DNA of 64,000 nt from Gammaproteobacteria bacterium (GTDB lineage Bacteria; Pseudomonadota; Gammaproteobacteria; UBA1113), in assembly GCA_021773295.1 (NCBI GenBank), contig JAJFKI010000025.1, positions 1,965 to 65,964 of the forward strand, in the 5' to 3' direction. A program made the translations under genes and the position numbers. Below are positions 1-10,330 of the stretch, in pieces (position 1 is the stretch's first letter; each line of letters starts with the position of its first letter). The notes under the pieces were generated by a model. It was not told the DNA's origin, did not search any database, and saw nothing but the letters and a program-made list of their open reading frames with translations.

Positions 1-191
1 TGATGTTGGTCTGGCAGGGTGTGTGTGTAAAACAAGCGTGGTTTGCCTTGTTTTGTTTGCACTTGACGTTGCTGTTTCCAAGACTTGAGAGAGCGTTTCA
101 TTTTACGCTTTTTAGGTGACTGCCAAAATCTAAGAAGTTGGCCGCTTGATACTTCTCCAGTGTCCCAATGTTTCCAAGTTAATGTACTCAT
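1..191 (-). CDS. hypothetical protein, partial; ATG at 191..189 and the gene runs off the window edge; basic Trp/Lys-rich N-terminus
   Basis: Manual reverse-strand translation gives 63 codons with no stop (MSTLTWKHW...SPKKRKMKRSLKSWK...). It is absent from the ORF track because it is truncated. Confidence 0.25.
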   Translation of the reverse strand, partial: MSTLTWKHWDTGEVSSGQLLRFWQSPKKRKMKRSLKSWKQQRQVQTKQGKPRLFYTHTLPDQH

Positions 192-491
192 GTTGTCTTC
201 TCCGTAAGTTGTCCAATTTACATGTCGGGATTCATTGTTAATCCCTTGTCCGTGGCTCAATCTCTGAGCGTTGTTCAATGTTAACGCAACCGAAAGCCAA
301 TGTAAAGCAAATTTTGAACAAAATAGAAAAAAAATAAAACAAAAGTAGCTTTTTTTAGGAGGTAAATATGGTGGTTAAAAGCATTTTTTATAGATAAGTT
401 ATTGAAATATATGAAGTTACCCTCCCGCACCACTTGGTCATTGCCTGTGACTATTAAATCAAGGATAATATCGCCTTCACAAAAACACTAG

Positions 492-3400
492 GTGAGGTCA
501 CTTGTGCTTATTCTTGATGGTCCTACTGCGCTTTCTACTTTCCGCTTACAACGCTTACTCAACTCAGTGCAACTGATTGATTCTAATATAAAAAACATCA
601 GTGCTGATTACGTTTATTTCATTGATAATGTAGTGCCTTTAAGCGCGCAACAGTTACAGACGTTACAAACCTTACTTCCGGGAGCAGCCCCCTTTAAGGG
701 CGATATCAATGCCCCATGCTATTTAAGCACCCCTCGCATTGGTACGATTTCTCCTTGGGCCTCTAAAGCCACAGATATTTGCCGAAATTGTGAATTAGAC
801 GTCATTGACCGAGTCGAGCGTGGTATTGTTTATCAGCTAAAAGGTCAAAGCAGTGATGACGGTGCTTGGCAGCAGGCATTATACGATCCAATGACTCAGA
901 GTTTATTGACACAACTCTCAATGGCCGAGCAATTATTCTCGCATCATCAACCACAAGCATTGACCGTCATCGATATCTTGAGCGAGGGCAGAGCCGCTTT
1001 AGTAACCGCAAATAAGCAATTAGGTTTAGCCTTGGCCGACGATGAAATGGATTACTTACTCGAGAACTTCCAAAAATTACAACGCAACCCCAATGACATA
1101 GAATTGATGATGTTCGCCCAAGCGAATTCTGAACATTGTCGCCATAAAATCTTTAATGGTCAATGGATCATTGATGGCGAAGAGCAGTCCACCACACTTT
1201 TCAAAATGATTACGCAAACTTATGATAATGCACCCGAAGGTGTGTTATCGGCTTATAAAGACAATGCGGCTGTGATTAAAGGTTTTCTTGGCGAACGTTT
1301 TTTCATGGAGCCACGGGATAAGTGTTATCACTTTCAACAAGAACCAATTCATATTGTCATGAAAGTCGAAACCCATAATCACCCCACCGCCATTTCACCA
1401 TACCCTGGGGCTGCCACTGGTAATGGTGGTGAAATTCGTGATGAAGGTGCCACGGGCCGTGGTGCTAAACCAAAAGCGGGTTTGACCGGCTTTAGTGTGT
1501 CCCACTTACATATTCCTGAATTAGCCCAACCTTGGGAACAAGCTTATGGCAAACCAGCACACATGGCATCTTCCTTGGAGATCATGTTAGAAGGGCCCAT
1601 CGGTGGCGCTGCTTTTAATAATGAGTTTGGTCGTCCTAACTTATGTGGCTATTTTCGAAGTTTTCAATTGCAAGTGAACGAAAAGGTACGTGGTTATCAT
1701 AAACCCATCATGATAGCCGGGGGTTATGGTAACATCCGAGAAGATCATGTAGCGAAGTTACCTTTGCCGGATAAAGCCTTATTAATCGTATTGGGTGGTC
1801 CCGCCATGGAAATTGGTTTAGGTGGTGGTGCTGCGTCTTCAATGGCAGCAGGAACATCTGATACGCGTTTAGACTTCGCCTCCGTACAACGAGAAAATGC
1901 AGAAATGGAACGGCGAGCACAAGAAGTCATTGACAATTGCTGGGCCTTAGGCGATGACAATCCTATTTTATCGATTCATGATGTAGGGGCTGGTGGCTTA
2001 TCCAATGCATTGCCGGAAATTATTCACGATGCCGAATGTGGGGGGCGTTTTGAATTACGTGATGTTCCCAATGCCGAGCCAGGCATGACACCCTTAGCTA
2101 TTTGGTGTAACGAAGCACAAGAGCGCTATGTGATAGCTATCAGTCCATCGCAGTTAGCGTTATTCACCGCCTTTGCTGAGCGTGAGCGTTGTATTTTTTC
2201 CGTGGTTGGGCATACGACGAAGGAGCATCACTTACAAGTGACTGACAGAGCATTTAATAATAAGCCCATCGATATTCCTATGGATGTGATTTTTGGCAAG
2301 CCTCCGAAAATGTTGCGTGATACTAAACGTAAGGCTTATGAATTACAGGCATTTAATACCAGTGAAATTAATGTCAGTGATGCCATGTTGCGAGTCTTGC
2401 AACATCCTACCGTTGCCAGCAAAAACTTTTTAATTACTATTGGCGATCGCAGTGTTGGAGGCCATGTGGTGCGTGATCAAATGGTCGGCCCATGGCAAGT
2501 GCCTGTAGCAGATGTGGCAGTGACCACCAATAGTTATCGCAGCTTCACCGGTGAGGCAATGGCCATGGGTGAAAGACCTCCTGTTGCCCTAATATCACCG
2601 GCAAGCTCAGGGCGATTAGCCGTGGCAGAAGCACTTACCAATATTGCAGCTGCAAAAATAGAGGCTTTGTCAGAAATCCGCTTATCGGCAAACTGGATGG
2701 CGGCTTGTGGCTATGACGGTGAAGATGCCGCCTTATTTGATACGGTTAAAGCCGTGGGTGCTTTATGTGTCGAACTTGGGATCACCATCCCCGTGGGTAA
2801 AGATTCATTATCCATGCGCACCAAGTGGCAAGACAAGCATGAAACGAAACAAGTGACAGCGCCTTTATCATTAGTTGTATCTGCTTTTGCGCCCGTGAGT
2901 GATGTGCGTCAAACCTTAACGCCGCAGTTGCAAGACAGTGCGGATACACAATTATGGTTAATTGATTTAGCCCAAGGTAAGCAACGCTTAGGCGCGTCCA
3001 TTTTAGCGCAAGTGTATAAGGAGCTAGGTGATTGTGCGCCTGATTTAGAAGATGTACAAAGCTTAAAGCAATTCTTTCATGCCATACAAGCCTTACAGGA
3101 TGAGCAATTACTTTTAGCCTATCATGACAAGAGTGATGGCGGTTTGTGGGCGACACTTTGTGAAATGGCCTTTGCCAGTCGTTTGGGGTTAGATATTGAG
3201 CTCAGCGTTTTAGGTGATAATGCCATGGCTGCTTTGTTTAATGAAGAATTAGGCGCTGTGGTGCAAATTAAATCAGACCATGAAGGCCAATTTAAAACAG
3301 CATTACAAAATGCCAATTTATCTAACGCTGTTTATAAGATTGCGACAATTAACAAAGAACAACAGATTCGCGTGAGTCATAATAGCCAAGTGTTAACAAC

Positions 3401-4370
3401 ACATTCTCGCATAGAGTTACAACAAGCATGGGCGCTAACGTCTTATTATATGCAACGCCTACGTGATAATCCACAGTGCGCTCTACAAGAGTATCAGCAA
3501 CTATCCGATGAAACCGATCCAGGTTTAAACGCGACCTTATCCTTTGATATCGATGAGCGCATTGCAACGCCATATCTTAATTTAGCCGCGAAACCACAAG
3601 TGGCCATCTTGCGTGAGCAAGGTGTCAATGGTCATGTGGAAATGGCGGCTGCCTTTACCGAGGCAGGGTTTGAAGCCATTGATGTTCACATGAGTGATAT
3701 TATCACGCAGCAAATGAATTTAGAACGCTTTGTTGGTCTCGTTGCTTGTGGTGGTTTTTCCTATGGTGACGTCTTAGGCGCTGGCCAAGGTTGGGCGAAA
3801 TCAATATTAATGCATGACCATGCTAAAAAAGTATTTAGTGATTATTTTCAGCGTAGCGATACCTTTGCATTAGGGGTTTGTAATGGCTGCCAAATGCTAA
3901 GTAGTTTACAAACGATTATACCGGGTGCTGATAATTGGCCAACCTTTGAGAGAAACACGTCCGAACAATTCGAAGCTCGCTTGAGTTTGGTTGCAATTCC
4001 AGAATCACCGTCTATATTCTTTAAGGGTATGGCCGGCTCAAGGATGCCAATCGTAGTTGCTCATGGCGAAGGCCGTGCTAAATGGAAAGCTGATGCAGCA
4101 CAGCAACAAATAACCCAGGCGAATTTAGTGGCGATGCAATATGTGGATAATCATGGCAAAGTCACTGAGCGATTCCCAGCAAATCCTAACGGTAGCCCGG
4201 GCGGGGTGACGGCTGTTACGACCACCGATGGTCGCGTTACCATAATGATGCCGCATCCAGAGCGAGTATTTCGAGCCATACAAATGTCTTGGCACTCAGC
4301 AACGTGGCAGGGAGCCAGCCCTTGGTTAAGAATGTTTGAGAATGCCAGAGTGTGGCATTCAAGGGGCTAA
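492..4370 (+). CDS. purL: phosphoribosylformylglycinamidine synthase (large single-chain PurL), GTG start
   Basis: 1292-aa ORF with an FGAM synthetase N-terminal domain, AIRS-like domains and a C-terminal glutaminase domain ([12 protein letters not shown] motif). Length and architecture are typical of gammaproteobacterial PurL. Confidence 0.95.
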   Translation: MRSLVLILDGPTALSTFRLQRLLNSVQLIDSNIKNISADYVYFIDNVVPLSAQQLQTLQTLLPGAAPFKGDINAPCYLSTPRIGTISPWASKATDICRNCELDVIDRVERGIVYQLKGQSSDDGAWQQALYDPMTQSLLTQLSMAEQLFSHHQPQALTVIDILSEGRAALVTANKQLGLALADDEMDYLLENFQKLQRNPNDIELMMFAQANSEHCRHKIFNGQWIIDGEEQSTTLFKMITQTYDNAPEGVLSAYKDNAAVIKGFLGERFFMEPRDKCYHFQQEPIHIVMKVETHNHPTAISPYPGAATGNGGEIRDEGATGRGAKPKAGLTGFSVSHLHIPELAQPWEQAYGKPAHMASSLEIMLEGPIGGAAFNNEFGRPNLCGYFRSFQLQVNEKVRGYHKPIMIAGGYGNIREDHVAKLPLPDKALLIVLGGPAMEIGLGGGAASSMAAGTSDTRLDFASVQRENAEMERRAQEVIDNCWALGDDNPILSIHDVGAGGLSNALPEIIHDAECGGRFELRDVPNAEPGMTPLAIWCNEAQERYVIAISPSQLALFTAFAERERCIFSVVGHTTKEHHLQVTDRAFNNKPIDIPMDVIFGKPPKMLRDTKRKAYELQAFNTSEINVSDAMLRVLQHPTVASKNFLITIGDRSVGGHVVRDQMVGPWQVPVADVAVTTNSYRSFTGEAMAMGERPPVALISPASSGRLAVAEALTNIAAAKIEALSEIRLSANWMAACGYDGEDAALFDTVKAVGALCVELGITIPVGKDSLSMRTKWQDKHETKQVTAPLSLVVSAFAPVSDVRQTLTPQLQDSADTQLWLIDLAQGKQRLGASILAQVYKELGDCAPDLEDVQSLKQFFHAIQALQDEQLLLAYHDKSDGGLWATLCEMAFASRLGLDIELSVLGDNAMAALFNEELGAVVQIKSDHEGQFKTALQNANLSNAVYKIATINKEQQIRVSHNSQVLTTHSRIELQQAWALTSYYMQRLRDNPQCALQEYQQLSDETDPGLNATLSFDIDERIATPYLNLAAKPQVAILREQGVNGHVEMAAAFTEAGFEAIDVHMSDIITQQMNLERFVGLVACGGFSYGDVLGAGQGWAKSILMHDHAKKVFSDYFQRSDTFALGVCNGCQMLSSLQTIIPGADNWPTFERNTSEQFEARLSLVAIPESPSIFFKGMAGSRMPIVVAHGEGRAKWKADAAQQQITQANLVAMQYVDNHGKVTERFPANPNGSPGGVTAVTTTDGRVTIMMPHPERVFRAIQMSWHSATWQGASPWLRMFENARVWHSRG

Positions 4371-4443
4371 AACCCCATGGACACCTAAGCTTTCCTTAAG
4401 AATATGTGGGTAGAATAGCCCCAGATTAACCTTTGGAGATTAT

Positions 4444-5955
4444 ATGAAAATGGCTGCTGAAACAAAAGTGACGCTGCCCTGGAAAAAAAGAAAAAAATCC
4501 AAGTGGAAGCCTGTGTGGAAAGACTTCGATATTCGCAGTCGCGTTTATAATCCTACGCCTGAAGATTTAAATCCATTCAGTAGAACAGTAACTTTAGATG
4601 CTGTAAGAAATGACTTTGATCGTAAAAACTTAGCTTTGATTCAATTTAATGGCGTATCATTTCTTAAATCCACCATGCAAGTATACGAGGGAGTTCCTTA
4701 TCTTGAGACAGCTTTTAGTAAAATCGAGGAACAAGGCAGTGCGCTGTGGTTTTCACAGTTCAATGAAGAATGTTTGTCTGGCTTGTCGGATGAGGCAAGA
4801 AAGCAACAAGAGTGGCTTTTATTAGAAGTAAAAAATGCCTTATATAAAAACTTCGTATTACAACTGAATTTGTTAACGTCGTCAGCGTCAGTACGCAATG
4901 GTATTCTGGGTGTTCTTAGTCAAGAATCATTATACGGCTGGGCACGCTTTTTCTTTAGCAAGCACTTTGAAACAGCGGGCATGGAGACACAATTTATTAA
5001 TTTCACAAATGGTGATGTACTCGGGAGCGTCAATATTGTTTTCCAGCAAAAAATAAAATATAGAAACACTGTTAAAGTAGGACATTATAAGGATTTTTCA
5101 GAGCCTATTATTTTAGGGGAGTTTAGACTTTTTATGCGCTTACTACCACAAACGCCAGAAGCTAATCTAGATTTTACGGACTACCTTTTTGCGCAGAATG
5201 ATCTTGGTAAACATGCGCTTAAGACCAGTGACGCAATGTCTTCAAGTAAGATGATTGCAACATTAGCCTATGGTGCTTTGCTGCCTAACTATCAAATAGT
5301 CTCTTGCGAGATAAGAGATGCATTTGCGGGTGCCTTCGATATCGTTTTAGCGCAACAGGATTATGAGCGGAACTATTGGGATGCTTACCATTGGCGGGAA
5401 AAATGGAGAGATGCTATGGCAGTCGCGGCTAATGCTTATTTTAAAAAAAACAATACCGCAGAGCAGGCAGCCTATGCTGCGTTTGAGTTTTTTAATGAAG
5501 CTTATAGACACCCCGACTATTTAGTAGAAACACTGGAACATTTAAGTCTCAATACTTCTAAAAAATCATCGACAAAGAACAAAAACATTAAAAAGGTTGA
5601 TATTAAGCATATTATTCAGAAGATATCAGATAGAGTGACTCTTATTATCAGCCATAGAGCAAAGGCTTCACATAAAAAATTAGACTATATTATGGAAGAT
5701 ATCACTGCTACTATCTTTGAGTTAGCGAGTAATGAGAGTGATAATGGTATTCTGATAAGTTGTTTAAGATGTGTCTTAGCAGAAATGACTGATGCGATGC
5801 GGATTTATGAAGCTAACCGGAGATCAGAGCCTACAAAGAAGAAAGCTGAGATGTCGAACTTATCAAAAGCTGACGCTACATTATTTTCTGCAGCTGCTGC
5901 TAGCAGCAGTTCGAGTTCTGCAGGTAGCGCCAGTCGTTCTTCTCTGAGGCAGTAA
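4444..5955 (+). CDS. hypothetical protein, effector-like; basic patch PWKKRKKSKWKPVWK near the N-terminus and a poly-Ser/Ala C-terminal tail
   Basis: 503-aa ORF with no recognisable housekeeping family. The C-terminus reads ...FSAAAASSSSSSAGSASRSSLRQ. The gene appears AT-rich and sits immediately downstream of purL. Confidence 0.7.
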   Translation: MKMAAETKVTLPWKKRKKSKWKPVWKDFDIRSRVYNPTPEDLNPFSRTVTLDAVRNDFDRKNLALIQFNGVSFLKSTMQVYEGVPYLETAFSKIEEQGSALWFSQFNEECLSGLSDEARKQQEWLLLEVKNALYKNFVLQLNLLTSSASVRNGILGVLSQESLYGWARFFFSKHFETAGMETQFINFTNGDVLGSVNIVFQQKIKYRNTVKVGHYKDFSEPIILGEFRLFMRLLPQTPEANLDFTDYLFAQNDLGKHALKTSDAMSSSKMIATLAYGALLPNYQIVSCEIRDAFAGAFDIVLAQQDYERNYWDAYHWREKWRDAMAVAANAYFKKNNTAEQAAYAAFEFFNEAYRHPDYLVETLEHLSLNTSKKSSTKNKNIKKVDIKHIIQKISDRVTLIISHRAKASHKKLDYIMEDITATIFELASNESDNGILISCLRCVLAEMTDAMRIYEANRRSEPTKKKAEMSNLSKADATLFSAAAASSSSSSAGSASRSSLRQ

Positions 5956-6152
5956 CACATAAATATCCGAGAATTTAATCAGCTGATCCGCGGTGCTTTC
6001 ATCGAATGTAACCTCGATAGTTTCTTTGACTAACATATTTAGTTTACTTTATGTGTCCGATATAGGGTATCCACATCAGATTTTGGTAGGGATATCGGCA
6101 GGGCTCTTCTCTACTACAGGCATTTATTGTCTTCACATTTGGTACGGATAAT

Positions 6153-6383
6153 TTAATGAGATCGTAAGGCTTTACCAATGATGTTAACGGTGTCGTTCGC
6201 TATGTCGCTAAGGGTTTGCAGAGTGAGTTCACTTATCAGCATGACCGCTAGTACTAGGCAGAAAAAAAGTGCCTTAGGATCATCAAAACAGACTGCGTAA
6301 ATTGCCAGTGGCAAAGCAAGCTCTTCGAGGGTATTCAAACGGACTCGATTGTAATTATTACTAATGTTGTTTCTTTGAAACAT
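6153..6383 (-). CDS. small hypothetical hydrophobic protein (uncertain)
   Basis: 76-aa ORF in the otherwise empty 540-bp gap between the effector-like gene and rplS. It has no family signal and no clear ribosome-binding site. Confidence 0.2.
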   Translation of the reverse strand: MFQRNNISNNYNRVRLNTLEELALPLAIYAVCFDDPKALFFCLVLAVMLISELTLQTLSDIANDTVNIIGKALRSH

Positions 6384-6430
6384 ATCTACACCTCTTTAGT
6401 TTAGGATTCCTATTTATGCAATGAAGCCCG

Positions 6431-6468
6431 ATAAAAAGTGTAGGGGCGCGTGTGAAGCGCCCCTACAT
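6431..6468 (-). terminator. Rho-independent terminator downstream of rplS, a variant of the REP-like palindrome family
   Basis: The hairpin is GTAGGGGCGC-gtgtgaa-GCGCCCCTAC. Read on the minus strand it is followed by ACTTTTTAT, and it lies about 30 nt beyond the rplS stop. Confidence 0.6.
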
Positions 6469-6495
6469 TACTAACGCAGAATGACTCACCAAGCA

Positions 6496-6897
6496 TTATT
6501 CTTTATCTGCTTCGTCTTTTTTGCTGACTTTATTATTCTTATTTTTAGTTTGCAATTTTTCTTTAATACGCGCTTTCTTACCAGTTAAGCCACGTAAGTA
6601 ATATAATTTAGCGCGACGTACATCACCGCGACGTTTTACCGTAATATCTTCAACCAGTGGGCTAAAGAGTAGGAAAACACGCTCTACGCCTTCACCGTGA
6701 GATATTTTACGGACCGTAAAAGAAGAATTCCAGCCGCGATTACGTTTTGCAATCACGACGCCTTCAAAGGCTTGTAGGCGTTCACGTTTACCTTCGACGA
6801 CTTTAACGCTAACTACCACTGTGTCACCTGGATTGAACTCCGGGACTTTTTTATCTTGCAAGCGTTCTTGCTCTAATTGTTCAATAATATTCGCCAT
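6496..6897 (-). CDS. rplS: 50S ribosomal protein L19, with a Lys-rich C-terminal extension
   Basis: [11 protein letters not shown]...[16 protein letters not shown]...[14 protein letters not shown] matches L19. It is the terminal gene of the rpsP-rimM-trmD-rplS operon. Confidence 0.95.
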   Translation of the reverse strand: MANIIEQLEQERLQDKKVPEFNPGDTVVVSVKVVEGKRERLQAFEGVVIAKRNRGWNSSFTVRKISHGEGVERVFLLFSPLVEDITVKRRGDVRRAKLYYLRGLTGKKARIKEKLQTKNKNNKVSKKDEADKE

Positions 6898-6920
6898 TAT
6901 AAGCTCCTAACTCTAAGTTA

Positions 6921-7637
6921 TCATTCGTTGCTACAGCGGGAGGGCTGTGGTGAGCGCTCCTTGTATTCGTCTAGCAAATCCGGTCGGCGTTGTTCCGTGC
7001 GCTCGTGCGCTTTTTGTTCTCGCCATTGTTGAATTGCTTGATGATCGCCACTTAACAGTACCTTTGGTACGGCCATGCCTTGAAAGATTTCAGGGCGCGT
7101 ATAGTGGGGATAATCAAGTAATCCCTGGCTAAATGAATCTTGTGCTGCAGAGTCTTCGTGCCCTAAGGCGCCCTCTTGCAATCGGGTGATGGCATCAATC
7201 ACTGTCATCGCCGCAAATTCACCGCCGCTTAAAACGTAGTCCCCGACGGACCACTCTTCATCGATGTCCATCTCTATGAGGCGTTCATCAATTCCCTCAT
7301 AACGACCGCAGACAAAGATAAAACGTTCATCCTTAAGTCTTTGAAGCATTTTCTGTTCAACTGGCCTGCCTTGGGGGCTTAAGTATATGACTTTAGCAGC
7401 AATTGTACAATCATTTTTTGCAGCCAGAATGGCCTTATGTAAAGGCTCTACCATCATTACCATACCGGGGCCGCCGCCATAGGGTCGGTCATCCACATTG
7501 CGGTGTTTATTGTCGCTAAAGTCTCTTGGATTCCAGCATTTGATGTCGATGATGCCGGCTTGCTGAGCACGTTGCGGGATACCATAGTCTAAGGCCGCAA
7601 ACATCTCGGGGAATAGGCTGATGATATCGAAGCGCAT
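6921..7637 (-). CDS. trmD: tRNA (guanine37-N1)-methyltransferase
   Basis: [13 protein letters not shown]...GGGPGMVM... is a TrmD signature. Its operon position between rimM and rplS is conserved. Confidence 0.95.
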   Translation of the reverse strand: MRFDIISLFPEMFAALDYGIPQRAQQAGIIDIKCWNPRDFSDNKHRNVDDRPYGGGPGMVMMVEPLHKAILAAKNDCTIAAKVIYLSPQGRPVEQKMLQRLKDERFIFVCGRYEGIDERLIEMDIDEEWSVGDYVLSGGEFAAMTVIDAITRLQEGALGHEDSAAQDSFSQGLLDYPHYTRPEIFQGMAVPKVLLSGDHQAIQQWREQKAHERTEQRRPDLLDEYKERSPQPSRCSNE

Positions 7638-8192
7638 TTAAAACTCCGGATCCCAGTCTACGGTAATACGTTGTTGTTTTTTATCGACATTTTTTAAATA
7701 AAGATCATCGACCATAGGGACTAAATGCTGTTTTTCGCCTTCAATCACTAACACGTCATTAGCACCGGTAGGTAGGATTTGGCTGACAGTGCCAAGCTTA
7801 ACATCATCGAGATTCAAGACGTCCATGCCTTCTAATTCAAACAAGTAATAATCATCGTCAGCAAGCTTGGGCAATTGCTGTTTATCGACGACAATATCTA
7901 GATTGGTGTATTGCTGGGCTTGGGTTCTATCATCACAACCCTCGATTTGGGCCACATAACCCTTACCATGAGCTTTGAATTGCAAGATATTAATGGCTTG
8001 ATAGCCGTTAGGATGAGCGAGGTACCAGGGCTGATAATTCGCAATATTTTCCGTAGGATCACTAAAGGACTGGATTTTCACCCAGCCTTTAATGCCATAG
8101 GCTTGTCCGATTCGACCCATCACGATAGGATTTTCAACCGCTGCCAATTGCTCGTGAGGCAGCGGTTGGCGTTCAATACGATGTTGTTTCAT
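7638..8192 (-). CDS. rimM: ribosome maturation factor RimM
   Basis: 184 aa, between rpsP and trmD. The sequence GRIGQAYGIKGWVKI... is a RimM-like PRC-barrel N-terminus. Confidence 0.9.
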   Translation of the reverse strand: MKQHRIERQPLPHEQLAAVENPIVMGRIGQAYGIKGWVKIQSFSDPTENIANYQPWYLAHPNGYQAINILQFKAHGKGYVAQIEGCDDRTQAQQYTNLDIVVDKQQLPKLADDDYYLFELEGMDVLNLDDVKLGTVSQILPTGANDVLVIEGEKQHLVPMVDDLYLKNVDKKQQRITVDWDPEF

Positions 8193-8197
8193 GGGAC

Positions 8198-8467
8198 TTA
8201 TGCTGCTGCTTGTGTAGCCGCTTTTTTATGTTCTTTTACTAAGCTTTTTACACGGTCACTGGCTTGGGCGCCTTGGCCTACCCAGTGATCAAATCGTTCT
8301 AAATCAAACAGTAAGCGAGGTTCTTGTCCCCGTGCAACCGGGTTGAACTGGCCAATGCGCTCTATGTATTTGCCGTCTCTAGGGCTGCGTTTATCAGCCA
8401 CGACGATGCGGTAAAAAGGGCTCTTTTTAGAACCACCGCGAGCTAAACGGATTACTACCATAATCAA
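8198..8467 (-). CDS. rpsP: 30S ribosomal protein S16
   Basis: [27 protein letters not shown] matches S16. Confidence 0.95.
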   Translation of the reverse strand: MIMVVIRLARGGSKKSPFYRIVVADKRSPRDGKYIERIGQFNPVARGQEPRLLFDLERFDHWVGQGAQASDRVKSLVKEHKKAATQAAA

Positions 8468-8600
8468 TTATTTCCTTAGTTACTCTGGAAAAATGTTAAC
8501 CATTTTTTATAAAGAGCGTATTTTACGCATTTTTTCATCATTTGAGAAGGGGGAGCGCAAAAATATTTTAAAAGAGGGGCAATTCATACCGGAATTGCTA

Positions 8601-10019
8601 TTAAAAAGGCAACCCACCGCCGCCTGGGAATCCGCCTGGGGGCATTTTGCCCTGCAATTGGCGCATCATTTTACTCATGCCGCCTTTGGAGAATTTCTTC
8701 ATCATTTTTTGCATTTGCGCGAATTGTTTTAATAATTTATTGACGGCTTGGATATCGGTGCCAGAGCCTTGAGCAATACGCCGTTTGCGAGAGCCTTTGA
8801 TAACGGCAGGGAAACGACGTTCTTTTTTAGTCATGGAATTAATGATTGCTTCGAATTGTACGAAGGATTTATCACTGACTTGTGATTTTAATCCGGAGGG
8901 CATTTGGCTCATGCCAGGTATTTTTTCTAGCATGGAACTGGCGCCACCCATGCTTTTCATTTGTTGTAATTGTTTACGAAAATCTTCGAAGTCAAACCCT
9001 TTGCCTTTCTTTAATTTTTTAACCTGTTGCTTTGCTTCTTCCTTATCGACTTTACGTTCGGCAATTTCTAATAAGGATTGCAAATCACCTTCGCCAAGGA
9101 TGCGGGAGACGATTCTGTCAGGGTAAAAAGGTTCTAAGGCATCGGTTTTTTCACCCACACCAATAAACTTAATAGGCCTTTGGGTGATTTCACGCACGGA
9201 TAAAGCGGCACCGCCGCGGGCATCACCATCGGTTTTTGTTAAGACGACACCGGTTAATTCTAATGCCTCATTGAACGCCTTTGCGGTATTAGCAGCATCT
9301 TGCCCCGTCATGCTGTCGACCACGAATAAGGTTTCAATCGGATTAATCGCTTTATGGATACGTTTTATTTCATCCATCATGGCGTCATCAATGTGTAGGC
9401 GACCGGCAGTATCGACGATGACCACATCAATCATTAATTTTTTCGATAAGCTGATAGCGTCTTTGGCGATGGAGACGGGATCTTTACTATTGGAGCTGGG
9501 GAAAAATTCAACCCCGATTTCTTTTGCTAAGGTTTGTAATTGCTCGATAGCGGCAGGGCGGTAAATATCGCAGCTGGTAACTAATACTTTTTTATTTTCA
9601 GTCTCTTTTAAAAAGCGTGCTAATTTAGCGACAGTGGTGGTTTTACCAGAGCCTTGCAAACCTGCCATTAAGATCACGGCAGGTGGCTGCGCAGCTAAAT
9701 TCAATGAATCATTTTCGCCGCCCATGAGTTGGATCATTTCATCACGCACAATCCTAACAAAGGCTTCACCGGGGCTGAGGCTTTTCATCACTTCACTACC
9801 GATGGCACGTTCGGTGACTTTCTCAGTAAAGGATTTGACAACGGACAAGGCCACATCGGCTTCTAATAACACGCGCCTAACATCACGGACAATGTCTTTG
9901 ATATTACTTTCTGTTAAGCGCCCCTGCCCCTTAAGGCTGCGCAGTGTATTGGTTAATTTATCACTTAAACTATTAAACATCATGATTCCAGGCGTTAATA
10001 ATACGGTAGCGGAGTACAT
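8601..10019 (-). CDS. ffh: signal recognition particle protein Ffh
   Basis: 472 aa with an NG domain (GLQGSGKTTT, DTAGR, TKTD) and a Met-rich M domain. Confidence 0.95.
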   Translation of the reverse strand: MYSATVLLTPGIMMFNSLSDKLTNTLRSLKGQGRLTESNIKDIVRDVRRVLLEADVALSVVKSFTEKVTERAIGSEVMKSLSPGEAFVRIVRDEMIQLMGGENDSLNLAAQPPAVILMAGLQGSGKTTTVAKLARFLKETENKKVLVTSCDIYRPAAIEQLQTLAKEIGVEFFPSSNSKDPVSIAKDAISLSKKLMIDVVIVDTAGRLHIDDAMMDEIKRIHKAINPIETLFVVDSMTGQDAANTAKAFNEALELTGVVLTKTDGDARGGAALSVREITQRPIKFIGVGEKTDALEPFYPDRIVSRILGEGDLQSLLEIAERKVDKEEAKQQVKKLKKGKGFDFEDFRKQLQQMKSMGGASSMLEKIPGMSQMPSGLKSQVSDKSFVQFEAIINSMTKKERRFPAVIKGSRKRRIAQGSGTDIQAVNKLLKQFAQMQKMMKKFSKGGMSKMMRQLQGKMPPGGFPGGGGLPF

Positions 10020-10020
10020 A

Positions 10021-10175
10021 CTCCCCGTGACTCAAAATGCGAAATTAATGCTATTGCTTTTTGCCCCCAGGGTTCGTTTAAAACTTGCCAATAGAATGAC
10101 TATTACCTGCGTTTTAAACGAACCCTGGGAACAAAAATCAAGTCGCCTAAATTCCGAATTTTGAGTCACGGGGAG
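10021..10175. mobile_element. MITE-like repeat, copy A (~155 bp), with an 18-bp perfect terminal inverted repeat and a 19-bp perfect inner inverted repeat
   Basis: The outer terminal inverted repeat is CTCCCCGTGACTCAAAAT...ATTTTGAGTCACGGGGAG. The inner repeat is CCCAGGGTTCGTTTAAAAC/GTTTTAAACGAACCCTGGG. The sequence is homologous to the copies at 45351 and 46864. Confidence 0.7.
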
Positions 10176-10330
10176 TATAGCACCTTTTGTTTCCCACCAA
10201 AACAGGCCTTTTTTTGGCTTAGGATCGAATGAATATCTATAATATGTGCAAAGCGGCTTAAAATATTGGCAGAGTTGGTCTGTTTTTGCTATATTTCAAG
10301 TACGTTTTGAGAAAGCAAGAGGTGGCGATT

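Noticed and set aside
1708-3573. Multiple 60-124-aa minus-strand ORFs inside purL, and similar antisense ORFs inside clpB, letS, ffh, sdaA and others
   Set aside because: They lie entirely within well-supported long CDSs on the opposite strand and have no independent signals.
6496-6897. Lys-rich C-terminal extension of L19 ([22 protein letters not shown])
   Set aside because: Short basic tails on ribosomal proteins are common lineage-specific features and are not considered noteworthy.
9634-10164. 176-aa plus-strand ORF overlapping the ffh start and running through MITE copy A
   Set aside because: It is antisense to ffh and its 3' part is encoded by the repeat element. Similar artefactual ORFs (46826..47074, 46846..47061) cross MITE copy C.
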